From a virus (lineage: Duplodnaviria; Caudoviricetes), in IMG/VR virus record IMGVR_UViG_3300035179_000699, positions 1 to 24,931 of that record: a stretch of 24,931 bases of DNA. The stretch is one strand, 5' to 3'. Of this stretch, positions 7,613 through 15,395 are shown in pieces (positions within the stretch are counted from its first letter, which is position 1; the number at the start of each line of letters is the position of its first letter). Both the position numbers and the translations under genes were made by a program. A model generated the notes under the pieces. That model was not told the origin of the DNA and made no database searches. It saw nothing but the letters and a program-made list of their open reading frames with translations.

Positions 7613-9114
7613 TGCCATACGATAATTATCATGTCGTCATTGTCCGACCCGAGAGCGCATTCGAGAAAGATAGCATCCGGAGGAAGCTTCTCCCGAAATC
7701 GAAGGGTGGGAAAGGCGGCGTCATCATTAATCTCGGCCGCCCCCGGGGCAAAGACACCATGGAGGCGCATTCCTACTGGTTCCCCAGGCAGCTCTATACA
7801 ATCGCGGAAGTCAAGGCCTGGCTCAAGGAATATGGTGTCGAGGATTATCAAAAGATCGAGCCAGCCTCTGGAAAGGATTCCCTCCCTTCAATCGACGATT
7901 TGAGCCTGAATGCCTTGGATTTCGAGACTCGTAATGTCTGCATAAATGCCAAATTGAACGATGTCGAGGCCGTCGACGAGGGCGACCGGGTCCGGTTCCC
8001 CAAGGTGCCCATCGCCGCCGAGGGCATCTTCACCACGCCCGACGGCAAGAGCAAGGGCTTCCGGAGTGCCGACGAGGTCCGCAAGATGGTCCCGTTCTGC
8101 AACGGCTTGCGCGTCGTCGTCAACCATCCGGACCCGACCACAGTCGGCGTGACCGCCGCCAATCTCGCCGATGAGAATTTCCCGGTCATCGGCTATACCG
8201 AGAACGCCTTCGGCGACGAGAAGGCCGGCCTTGCCAGGGCCAATGCCGACATCGTAGTCCTCAAGCAGGACCGCGCCGGCAACGACCAGACCCGCCTCAT
8301 CGAGCAGATGAAGAACGGCCAGCTCAAGTGCCTCTCCATCGGCTACTTCTACGCTCACCAGGACCAGGTCGGCGAAGCGCTGGGCGAGAACTACGACCAC
8401 CTCGAGCTCGATGTGAACCCCTACCACCTCGCGCTCCTGGACGGTTTCGAGCCCCAGTGCGCCCCCCCGATTTGCGGCATCGGATGCAATACGAAAGACA
8501 AGGTCGGCTGCAACTGCGCCGGCTGCTCTCATTCTCATCCAACTCAAGAGGAGGTTACAGATTTGGGAAACGACGACAAGAAGACACCGGAATCCAACGC
8601 CCCCTCTGTCAAGGAGATGAACCTCGCCACCATCGCCGGCCTCAACGCTGAGGTCAAGGCCCTGGTGGACGCCAAGGCCGCCGCCGAGAAGAAGGTGACG
8701 GACCTGGAGACCGCCGCCCTGGCCCTCAACAAGAAGGTCAAGGACGGCGACGAGGCCATCGCCAAGATAGAGAAGATGAAGGCCGAGGAACGGCAGGCGA
8801 AGCTCGCCAGGCTCAAGGAGTCCTACGGGGAGGAGACCTTCAAGGCCATCTTCCCCGAGGACCAGCTCGCCGGCGTCAGCGATGCGGAGATCGACCGCTC
8901 ACTGGCGCTGGTGGACACCCTGGGCTCGGAGGACGCAGCGCCCGCCGACGCCCCCGCCCCGCCCATGGCCCACAGCTCGAAAGAGTTGAAGGTCCCGGCC
9001 GGAAAGACCGCACCCGCCCCCGGCGCCAACGCCGAGGACGACATCCCCGCGACGCAGAAGCTCTACAAGCCCCTGAGCTTCAAGCCGATCACGGCGGACA
9101 GCCCCCATCAGTAG
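7612..9114 (+). CDS. Prohead protease (DUF2213-like) with N-terminal accessory domain and C-terminal scaffold (500 aa)
   Basis: TAATG overlap with the portal. Motifs VPIAAEGIF, VVVNHPD, CLSIGY and HLALL...CGIG are typical of DUF2213. An Ala/Lys/Glu coiled coil forms the C-terminus, and the gene lies between portal and MCP. Confidence 0.82.
   Translation: MPYDNYHVVIVRPESAFEKDSIRRKLLPKSKGGKGGVIINLGRPRGKDTMEAHSYWFPRQLYTIAEVKAWLKEYGVEDYQKIEPASGKDSLPSIDDLSLNALDFETRNVCINAKLNDVEAVDEGDRVRFPKVPIAAEGIFTTPDGKSKGFRSADEVRKMVPFCNGLRVVVNHPDPTTVGVTAANLADENFPVIGYTENAFGDEKAGLARANADIVVLKQDRAGNDQTRLIEQMKNGQLKCLSIGYFYAHQDQVGEALGENYDHLELDVNPYHLALLDGFEPQCAPPICGIGCNTKDKVGCNCAGCSHSHPTQEEVTDLGNDDKKTPESNAPSVKEMNLATIAGLNAEVKALVDAKAAAEKKVTDLETAALALNKKVKDGDEAIAKIEKMKAEERQAKLARLKESYGEETFKAIFPEDQLAGVSDAEIDRSLALVDTLGSEDAAPADAPAPPMAHSSKELKVPAGKTAPAPGANAEDDIPATQKLYKPLSFKPITADSPHQ
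8563..9114 (+). CDS. Putative nested scaffolding protein (internal in-frame start)
   Basis: Strong RBS GAGGAGGT (8548-8555) followed by an in-frame TTG at 8563, exactly at the protease/coiled-coil boundary. Confidence 0.6.
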   Translation: MGNDDKKTPESNAPSVKEMNLATIAGLNAEVKALVDAKAAAEKKVTDLETAALALNKKVKDGDEAIAKIEKMKAEERQAKLARLKESYGEETFKAIFPEDQLAGVSDAEIDRSLALVDTLGSEDAAPADAPAPPMAHSSKELKVPAGKTAPAPGANAEDDIPATQKLYKPLSFKPITADSPHQ

Positions 9115-9140
9115 AGGGGCACAACGGAGACCAGAACGTC

Positions 9141-9587
9141 ATGGCACAAAAGACTTCGATAGTTGTCCCCACCACCGCCATCCGGTGCGGGGCCAACCTC
9201 ATAGTCGCGGAGTTCGTCGCGGCAGGCGCCATCACACCGGGCAACCTGGTGAAGTACGGCGCCGGCGTGGAGCGCGTCATCGTGACCGCTTCCGGTGATA
9301 CCCTCTGCATAGGCGTTGCAGACCTCAACTACAGCGCCCTTGCAGTCGGCTCGCCCGAAACGACCGCCTTCGCGAGCGGGGACCGGGTCCCCGTGATCAT
9401 GGATGGGCTCGTCTGCGTCAAGGCAGACGCCGCCATCACGGCGGGAACGCGTGTGTCCGTGGGCACGACCACGGTGTACTACGTCCTGACGGAAGCCGCC
9501 TCGTTTGCCGGCATCCAGGCGGGCGTGGGCAGGTGCCTGACAACGGCAGGCGCTTCGGGCGACAAGGTCGTCGTCAGGTTGTGGTGA
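9141..9587 (+). CDS. Capsid cement/decoration protein (DUF2190-like)
   Basis: Small Ala/Gly/Val-rich beta protein (AAGAITPGNLVKY, CIGVA, GDRVPVIMDG, VKADAAITAG, GRCLTTAGASGDKVVV) immediately before the MCP. Confidence 0.75.
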   Translation: MAQKTSIVVPTTAIRCGANLIVAEFVAAGAITPGNLVKYGAGVERVIVTASGDTLCIGVADLNYSALAVGSPETTAFASGDRVPVIMDGLVCVKADAAITAGTRVSVGTTTVYYVLTEAASFAGIQAGVGRCLTTAGASGDKVVVRLW

Positions 9588-9591
9588 GACC

Positions 9592-10479
9592 ATGAAAGAC
9601 ATACGCCATGTGTTCTCGGACCGCGCCATCCGGAGCGGTCTCAACAGCATCATGACCCAGGACGACATCCGCGCCCTCAAGCAGGACATCACCGAGACGG
9701 TTCTCCCGAACCTTCGCGGCAGAGAGTTCCTGCCCATCCTGACCGTCGAGAAGAACGCGGAGTTCTTCGGGTTCTGGCTGGAGACCCAGATGCAGGACGC
9801 CATCATCGGCGGACGGCGCACGAGCGCCCTCACCAAGGACGAGCTGAAGGAGACCCTCCAGACCCTGGTGCCCATCCCGATGTTGCGGCGCCCCTTCGAG
9901 ATATACACCACGGACCTCTTCGCAAAGTCCAACGCCAAGGAGCGGAGCGCCAAGAGCGCCGCCAGGCAGGTCAGCGAGGGTGAGAACGACCTCATCTACA
10001 ACGGCGCGACCTACCCGGTCGTCAACGGACTTCTGGGCGCAGCGGGCAACAGCCAAGCCGCGTCGTCCGTGTGGTCCGCAGTTCCGGGCACCGCGATACC
10101 CTACGAGGACTCCAACAACCTCATCGCCCTCAACGAGGCGGACGGATTCATGGGGCCATACATCATGGCCGTGGACCCGATAAACCTCGGCGAGATGAGG
10201 AAGCGCGAAGTCGTCGCGGGCGGCAGCGCACGGAGCCAGCTCGAACTCATCCTCGCAGGCCTTCCGATCCAGAAGGTCATCGGGGACCCGAGCATGACCC
10301 ATGGGACTCCCATCATCATGCAGCCGGGCGATCCGAACTCCGTCCTCACGGTCGCGGAGGACATCACGGTCGAGTTCTTCGACATGGACATCAACCACTG
10401 GATACAGGGCCAGGTCTACGAGCGCGTGGCCCCGGTCGTGTTCCAGGCGAACTCGGTCGGCAAGATCACCGGCGCATAG
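9592..10479 (+). CDS. Major capsid protein, HK97 fold, family-1 encapsulin/Linocin_M18 (DUF2184)-like
   Basis: Motifs MTQDDIRALKQDITETVLPNLRGREFLPI, VPIPMLRRPFEI, AARQVSEGENDLIYNG, NGLL and GPYIMAVDP resemble encapsulin shell motifs. It occupies the MCP position and has a GGTGA RBS. Confidence 0.85.
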   Translation: MKDIRHVFSDRAIRSGLNSIMTQDDIRALKQDITETVLPNLRGREFLPILTVEKNAEFFGFWLETQMQDAIIGGRRTSALTKDELKETLQTLVPIPMLRRPFEIYTTDLFAKSNAKERSAKSAARQVSEGENDLIYNGATYPVVNGLLGAAGNSQAASSVWSAVPGTAIPYEDSNNLIALNEADGFMGPYIMAVDPINLGEMRKREVVAGGSARSQLELILAGLPIQKVIGDPSMTHGTPIIMQPGDPNSVLTVAEDITVEFFDMDINHWIQGQVYERVAPVVFQANSVGKITGA

Positions 10480-10502
10480 AGGAGGACAAGACACCACCAT
10501 CC

Positions 10503-10534
10503 GGAGGGGGCGGGAAACCACCCTCTCCTCTTTC
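10503..10534 (+). terminator. GAAA-tetraloop hairpin after the MCP (terminator or stability element)
   Basis: GGAGGGGGCGG-GAAA-CCACCCTCTCC followed by TCTTTC. Confidence 0.55.
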
Positions 10535-10562
10535 ACAGTCCGAAGGGACAGGTAGGAGGTCA

Positions 10563-10877
10563 ATGCAGGAGGAAAAGAAAAATATACAGGCGGAGAAGAA
10601 CCCGCTCAGGGTGCGTCTCATCGACGAGGCGAAAGAGTTCCAGGCGACCTACAAGGACGGCAAGGGAAACACGGTGAACCTGCGGTTCAACCGGGATGCA
10701 ATGGAAAATAATGTTCCCCCGGAAGCCGAGGCACAGGTGCGGGCGAACATGGAATGCCCATTCCCGAATGTCTACGATGTCAATGCCGAAATCACGCCGG
10801 AAGTCCAAGCCTTGCTCGCCCAGAACCAGGTGAGGCACATCCCGCCCGGGAAAGTCGCAAAGCGTGTCGTCCGCTAA
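10563..10877 (+). CDS. Hypothetical protein (104 aa) downstream of the MCP
   Basis: AGGAGGT RBS before ATG 10563; a T-tract follows the stop. Confidence 0.75.
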   Translation: MQEEKKNIQAEKNPLRVRLIDEAKEFQATYKDGKGNTVNLRFNRDAMENNVPPEAEAQVRANMECPFPNVYDVNAEITPEVQALLAQNQVRHIPPGKVAKRVVR

Positions 10878-10938
10878 CGCGGGCGACCTTTATCTTTTTT
10901 CGACCCGAATGGGCCGTCAAGGAAAGGAGACCGGATAA

Positions 10939-11688
10939 ATGTCAGACACAATCATAGACGAGGATACGAAGTTCCAGGCCTACTACGAGAAGGCGAAGCA
11001 AGACCAGCCGCGGGTCCTGGCGCTCGTCGCCAGGAAAGTGGACCTGGTCGCAATCGCTCAGGAGCACCAGGCCAAGCTCTTCCAGACGCACTGCTCCTCA
11101 CCCATAGCTCAGGCCCACCCAACGCCGGCGACAGGGAGCAAGGGCACCGCATGCCTCTCCAGCTCGAACGGTGAAGGGGACATCTCGGGTCTCGAAGTCC
11201 AGGGTAGAATCCCCTGGGACAAGTTCTTCAAGTTCCTCACTTTCATCGCTATAATCCTCGTGATCGCCGCCGCGGGGGGAAGCATCGTCAAATACGCCAC
11301 CACCGGCGGATTCGTCATAGTCGCAGGTGCGGAATCGACCAACAACACGACCCACAACCAGACCGCGGAGGAAGCGAACGAGGCATCCTGGCATCCGGCA
11401 CCAGTGGATCACCTGCTCATCGTAATTGGTTGGTCTGGGATGGCCATAATTCTCACTGCTTGGTTCTGGGACAAATATTATCGAAAGGAGAGCCCAACGG
11501 CATTCTTGAAAGGGCTCATCCATAGCCTCGACGCCCTCTACGCCAATCCCACCGCCAAGGCCTGGATAGACCAGGAATGGGATAAAACCATCAAGCCGGC
11601 CCTGGATGCGGAGATAGAGAAACTCCTCGGCGATAGTGCCTACCTCGATAAGGCGCTCGAACTACTGAAACAGTGGGGTGCGACCTGA
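10939..11688 (+). CDS. Two-TM membrane protein in the neck module
   Basis: Hydrophobic segments FLTFIAIILVIAAAGGSIV and LLIVIGWSGMAIILTAWFW. AAGGAG RBS and TGATG overlap with the next gene. Confidence 0.75.
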   Translation: MSDTIIDEDTKFQAYYEKAKQDQPRVLALVARKVDLVAIAQEHQAKLFQTHCSSPIAQAHPTPATGSKGTACLSSSNGEGDISGLEVQGRIPWDKFFKFLTFIAIILVIAAAGGSIVKYATTGGFVIVAGAESTNNTTHNQTAEEANEASWHPAPVDHLLIVIGWSGMAIILTAWFWDKYYRKESPTAFLKGLIHSLDALYANPTAKAWIDQEWDKTIKPALDAEIEKLLGDSAYLDKALELLKQWGAT

Positions 11689-12116
11689 TGGCCTACAACG
11701 CCGACCTCGTCCGGGTCAAGCAGGCCGCCAACATCGCCACCACGAACAGCGATTTCGATACCGAACTTACCGAGGCCCGCGACAAGGCCTACAACTTCAT
11801 GAACAACATTCTTGTCGTCACGGCCCCTGCTATTCCGCTCACCGGCCTCAGCACGGGAGACACGAACCTCATCTGCCAGATAGAGGCGGACATGGCCGCG
11901 GGGTTCTTCAAGGAGCAGACTACGCAACCCGTTGAGGGCGAACGGACCAAGAAGCACATCCTACGAGAAAGGGCCGAGCAGATGCTCCAATCATTCATCG
12001 GCTCGCATTACGGGGCCACAGGTTCCCGCCGCTCAAGCTTCTTCCGCAACACCCGCACCGCCAGGAGACTCGAAATCGACGCCAGCGAACCCGACACTTT
12101 CAACGAGGTGGACTGA
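11688..12116 (+). CDS. Head-tail adaptor (Mu gp36/SPP1 gp15-like)
   Basis: MAY start, helical EARDKAYNFMNNIL, ICQIEADMAA and RERAEQMLQSF pattern; position after the MCP. Confidence 0.7.
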   Translation: MAYNADLVRVKQAANIATTNSDFDTELTEARDKAYNFMNNILVVTAPAIPLTGLSTGDTNLICQIEADMAAGFFKEQTTQPVEGERTKKHILRERAEQMLQSFIGSHYGATGSRRSSFFRNTRTARRLEIDASEPDTFNEVD

Positions 12117-12308
12117 GTGGTCATGTTCCGTGGGAGAAAGATAGGCATGGACTTCGGCCAGTTCATGCAGCGCCAGGTCCGGCACATCGGCGGCCGCCAG
12201 CGCTTCCCGGGCGGGGTCAAGTGGGACGACGAACTCAAGGAACAGTGTGGGGCCAGGGACGGGCAGCCCGTGGTCATCACGAACAAGAACTGCCCCTCGA
12301 GGAGATAG
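12117..12308 (+). CDS. Small basic hypothetical protein
   Basis: GAGGTG upstream; GTG 12117 or ATG 12123; fills the gap exactly. Confidence 0.55.
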   Translation: MVMFRGRKIGMDFGQFMQRQVRHIGGRQRFPGGVKWDDELKEQCGARDGQPVVITNKNCPSRR

Positions 12309-12743
12309 ATGACGACCGCTCCACCTTCAGCAACAAATCCGCTGTTCGTCATGAAGGTGGACATCGACGAGGCCATGCGGGTGATCACATCGATCAGGGC
12401 CGAGCGCATCCCCCGGTTCCTCGAACTCTACAACCAGACCATGGCGCTCCAGGCGAGAACGCTCATGGTGCAGTTCTCGTCTTCGCCGTATATTGAACGC
12501 CAGTCCGGGGACCTGGTCACAGGCATCGACATCTTCAAACTCCCCGATGGTTTCATAGTCGGCCCCACCGTCTACTACGCCAAGTGGGTCTACGGGGGCC
12601 ACAGGAATATCGCCTGGGGCCACGACACCGGCAGAAGGGTCCGGGCCCGGCCGGCGCACATCTGGGCCAAGACGATGCTCCTGGCCCGGCAGCCGGGCAT
12701 TGTCATGGCCTGCGCCGAGGCCGCGCTCAAGGAGGGCAAATGA
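12309..12743 (+). CDS. Neck/tail-completion protein (HK97 gp10 / Mu gpG-like)
   Basis: QSGDLVTGI, VGPTVYYAKWVYGGH and VRARP motifs; position in the neck module. Confidence 0.8.
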   Translation: MTTAPPSATNPLFVMKVDIDEAMRVITSIRAERIPRFLELYNQTMALQARTLMVQFSSSPYIERQSGDLVTGIDIFKLPDGFIVGPTVYYAKWVYGGHRNIAWGHDTGRRVRARPAHIWAKTMLLARQPGIVMACAEAALKEGK

Positions 12744-15037
12744 TACCCATCCTGCTCCTCCTATTCCTCTGCCAGCAGGTATCCACCACGGTCTCGAAGG
12801 CGCCGACCCGCCGGCTTGAGCTCCCGGTCCTGGACGCCATCAAACTCCGGCTCGAACTCAGGCGCATTGACCGGACCAGGCCTTTCAAAATGAGATGGAA
12901 CCAACGGAAGGTCCAGACCGAGGGCGGCGGACTTAAAATCTACACGCCCTGGTACTTGCGGAGGCGGACGGCCTGCGCCGTGGCCGGCATCGTGGCCCTC
13001 ATGGTCCTCGTCCAGGTCCTGGGCCAGCATCACCTCATCCCATTCGTCGCCGGCATGACCGCCTGGGTGGACGGCAACACCAAGGCCGCGCCCACCGCCG
13101 ACAACATGGACGGAGGCGGGACGGACCTCGCGAGCGGGGACACGGTTTCGCTGGCCACGAAATCCCTCATCATCGACAAATCAGTTGGGAGCGGGAGCAT
13201 AACGATAACGGCGGGGACCTTCACATCGAACGCTTCCTGCGTTCTGACGATGGACGCCGGCGGGGACATCTTGGTCGGGGGAGCGTCTTCAATCAGCGGG
13301 TCAGTCATACCGTCGGCGACGAGCGTGTTTCAGTTCGACGGCGCCAACACCATCAACAACGGCGGGACATTGGGTGTAAATGTGGCATGGACCTGGATAC
13401 AAACTAACACTTTTGTTTTGGCGGTCGGAGGAGCAGTATACGCTCCAAATGGAGCAGGGGAATTCAAATTTGGGAATGCTGGCGCTTGCCTTATGGATAT
13501 TAACGGTGACTATCATCACGACAATGGAAAGTTAAATGTAATATCCGGTGTCGGGAGCATTCATCCGGGTGGTGCCGTATTCTATGATATTCTGACGGTA
13601 AGCTGCTATTATGATGAGAACATAACCATAGAACACAACCTAACAATCAACGGGCCTAATTATTGGGAAGCACAAGGAGTCTGTACAGTCACGATGGGCA
13701 CGACTTCCGCTGCTGCCACGATAGTAATGAACAGCGGTTATATCGATTTCAAAATTACTGGTGGCGTGACATTTCAGAGCGCAAGTGTGTCATACAAATG
13801 CGTCGTGACAAGTTCGGGGAATACTGGATTTCAATGGGCGGGCACCAATGCCGTAGCAAATCTGAAATGGCTCGACATACAGTACAATCTCACGACTGAC
13901 TACGGTGGCCATTATGCGGGTGCCTTGAATATCACGGGAGACTGTAACCTCCAGAACTTCACCATCAGCGCCACCCATACATTCACCTGCACGACCTCGG
14001 CGGCCGTGACGCTGAACCTGGCCGCCAGTAAGACATTCAGCAACGGCAGCACCTTCACGATGGGCGCGGGCACCGTCATCAGCGGCGGGTCCGCCACGAC
14101 CACGGTGCTCGCCAACACCGGGACCTGGACCTGGTCCTCCTGCACCTTCTCCAAGGTGGACATTCAGTTCACCATCACGACTCCCGGCACCGGCAAGACC
14201 ATCGCTCTGAACAATGTCACCGTGGATGGCGTCTCCGTCGTTGCCCTCGACACCATCACCTTCTCCGATTACTGCGTCTCCTCCGCGGGTTTCGCCGTCG
14301 CCGCGAACGCCAACCTCCAGGTCAACCTCAACGGTCACGTGATATTCGTATCAAACTCCACCTGCTCCGGAACCCTCATCGTCTACGGCTCGCTCTTACT
14401 CGACAACTCCGCGACCGTGAACACCCCCGGAGCCCATTCAGGTACGATAACCGGAACGGGAGCCATCCAAGGCGTAGGAACCTCAGTACCGTACCTCTAC
14501 TTCACCAACATGGCTGTAGGAGCCCACATCGATTGCATCAATGCCGTTCTCGTCTTCGACACCTCGGGCGCATCCGTAGCGGTCGGAAGGAACACCGTCG
14601 CCACGGATATTATCACTATCCTGGCGGCCTCCACCAAAACGAACCTCTCCGCTCTCTTCGACAACGCCATCGAGTACGGAACAAGAACCTTCCCCGAGTT
14701 CTTCGCGTCCCAGTACAAGGCCGGCGTCTTCGTCGGCATCTCCCGCGCTCCCTTGGATGTCGATGGGATGAGCGGCGACTTCCAGGACGCTCTTATCGGT
14801 ATCGAGTTCCAGGTCTATGTCATGGGCCATTCGCCGAGCAAGGACCAGAAGCTCGCCGTGGACCTCGCGGAAGAAATCGAAGCTGAATTGCTCGCCGACA
14901 ACCACAAGGTTCTCGTCAACGGCGGCACCATCATCACCTTCTCCGAGTTCATCAAAGGCCCGCCGATCGGCCACGGCGATGTCACGCTCCATTTCGTATT
15001 GCTCGAATGCCAATACAGGAAGTCAACGACAATCTGA
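12740..15037 (+). CDS. Beta-solenoid adhesin-like protein with hydrophobic leader, fused to a C-terminal tail-terminator-like domain (765 aa)
   Basis: ATGA overlap at 12740. A T/G/S/N-rich beta-repeat body is followed by a C-terminal ~145 aa alpha/beta domain (DIITILAA...IEFQVYV...AVDLAEEIEAELL...LLECQY). It sits in the tail-terminator position between the gp10-like gene and the tube. Confidence 0.7.
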   Translation: MIPILLLLFLCQQVSTTVSKAPTRRLELPVLDAIKLRLELRRIDRTRPFKMRWNQRKVQTEGGGLKIYTPWYLRRRTACAVAGIVALMVLVQVLGQHHLIPFVAGMTAWVDGNTKAAPTADNMDGGGTDLASGDTVSLATKSLIIDKSVGSGSITITAGTFTSNASCVLTMDAGGDILVGGASSISGSVIPSATSVFQFDGANTINNGGTLGVNVAWTWIQTNTFVLAVGGAVYAPNGAGEFKFGNAGACLMDINGDYHHDNGKLNVISGVGSIHPGGAVFYDILTVSCYYDENITIEHNLTINGPNYWEAQGVCTVTMGTTSAAATIVMNSGYIDFKITGGVTFQSASVSYKCVVTSSGNTGFQWAGTNAVANLKWLDIQYNLTTDYGGHYAGALNITGDCNLQNFTISATHTFTCTTSAAVTLNLAASKTFSNGSTFTMGAGTVISGGSATTTVLANTGTWTWSSCTFSKVDIQFTITTPGTGKTIALNNVTVDGVSVVALDTITFSDYCVSSAGFAVAANANLQVNLNGHVIFVSNSTCSGTLIVYGSLLLDNSATVNTPGAHSGTITGTGAIQGVGTSVPYLYFTNMAVGAHIDCINAVLVFDTSGASVAVGRNTVATDIITILAASTKTNLSALFDNAIEYGTRTFPEFFASQYKAGVFVGISRAPLDVDGMSGDFQDALIGIEFQVYVMGHSPSKDQKLAVDLAEEIEAELLADNHKVLVNGGTIITFSEFIKGPPIGHGDVTLHFVLLECQYRKSTTI

Positions 15038-15049
15038 GGAGGAAGAAGA

Positions 15050-15394
15050 ATGCCGAAAATATATGTCTATGTCGGAGGAGCAACAGAATGCATGAAGGTC
15101 CAATTCCCGCACCCGATCAAGTGGGGTGTTCCGTTCATGGTCGAGGACATCTTCGACGACCTGTTCGTGGACGACCCCATCTACATCGAGGTCAAGCCCA
15201 AGGACGCAAAAGCGATCCAGGACACGCTCGATGCAGCGGGCAAGGATCCCGGAGCGGCCGCAGATGCGAAGATAAAGGCCGTCGAGGGGCTCAAGCCCGC
15301 AAGGGCCGAGAAGGAAGCGCAGTTCGTCGCGTCGCTGGAGACTTACCGGAGGGCCGCGCCGGCCGTAATGGAAGACGAATTCAAGGAGGGATGA
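15050..15394 (+). CDS. Hypothetical protein before the tail tube
   Basis: GAGGAGG RBS and GC3-rich codons; a small gene is common at this position. Confidence 0.75.
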   Translation: MPKIYVYVGGATECMKVQFPHPIKWGVPFMVEDIFDDLFVDDPIYIEVKPKDAKAIQDTLDAAGKDPGAAADAKIKAVEGLKPARAEKEAQFVASLETYRRAAPAVMEDEFKEG

Positions 15395-15395
15395 C

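Noticed and set aside
6074-7618. 514-aa minus-strand ORF and many other long antisense ORFs (82-903, 908-1660, 2438-3349, 9574-10563, 17880-18764, 24021-24911)
   Set aside because: These are shadow frames of GC3-rich + strand genes, with no RBS or recognisable motifs.
9592-10479. Cellular encapsulin nanocompartment operon
   Set aside because: No cargo enzyme (DyP, ferritin-like) is present, and the context is a full virion morphogenesis module.
10477-10534. Amber stop plus hairpin as a pyrrolysine read-through signal
   Set aside because: The read-through frame gives a low-complexity non-protein-like sequence, and the hairpin is adequately explained as a terminator or stability element.
10071-10877. 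268-aa ORF overlapping the MCP end, suggesting a T7 10B-like -1 frameshift extension
   Set aside because: No slippery heptamer is seen near the MCP 3' end, and the downstream gene has its own strong RBS and ATG at 10563.
12584-12739. Upstream extension of the 817-aa ORF (similarly 7573-7611 and 1714-1806)
   Set aside because: These overlap the upstream genes; coupled starts at 12740, 7612 and 1807 are better supported.
13874-14182. Diversity-generating retroelement TR/VR pair
   Set aside because: The match is only 24 bp, the mismatches are not confined to adenines, and no reverse transcriptase is in the window.
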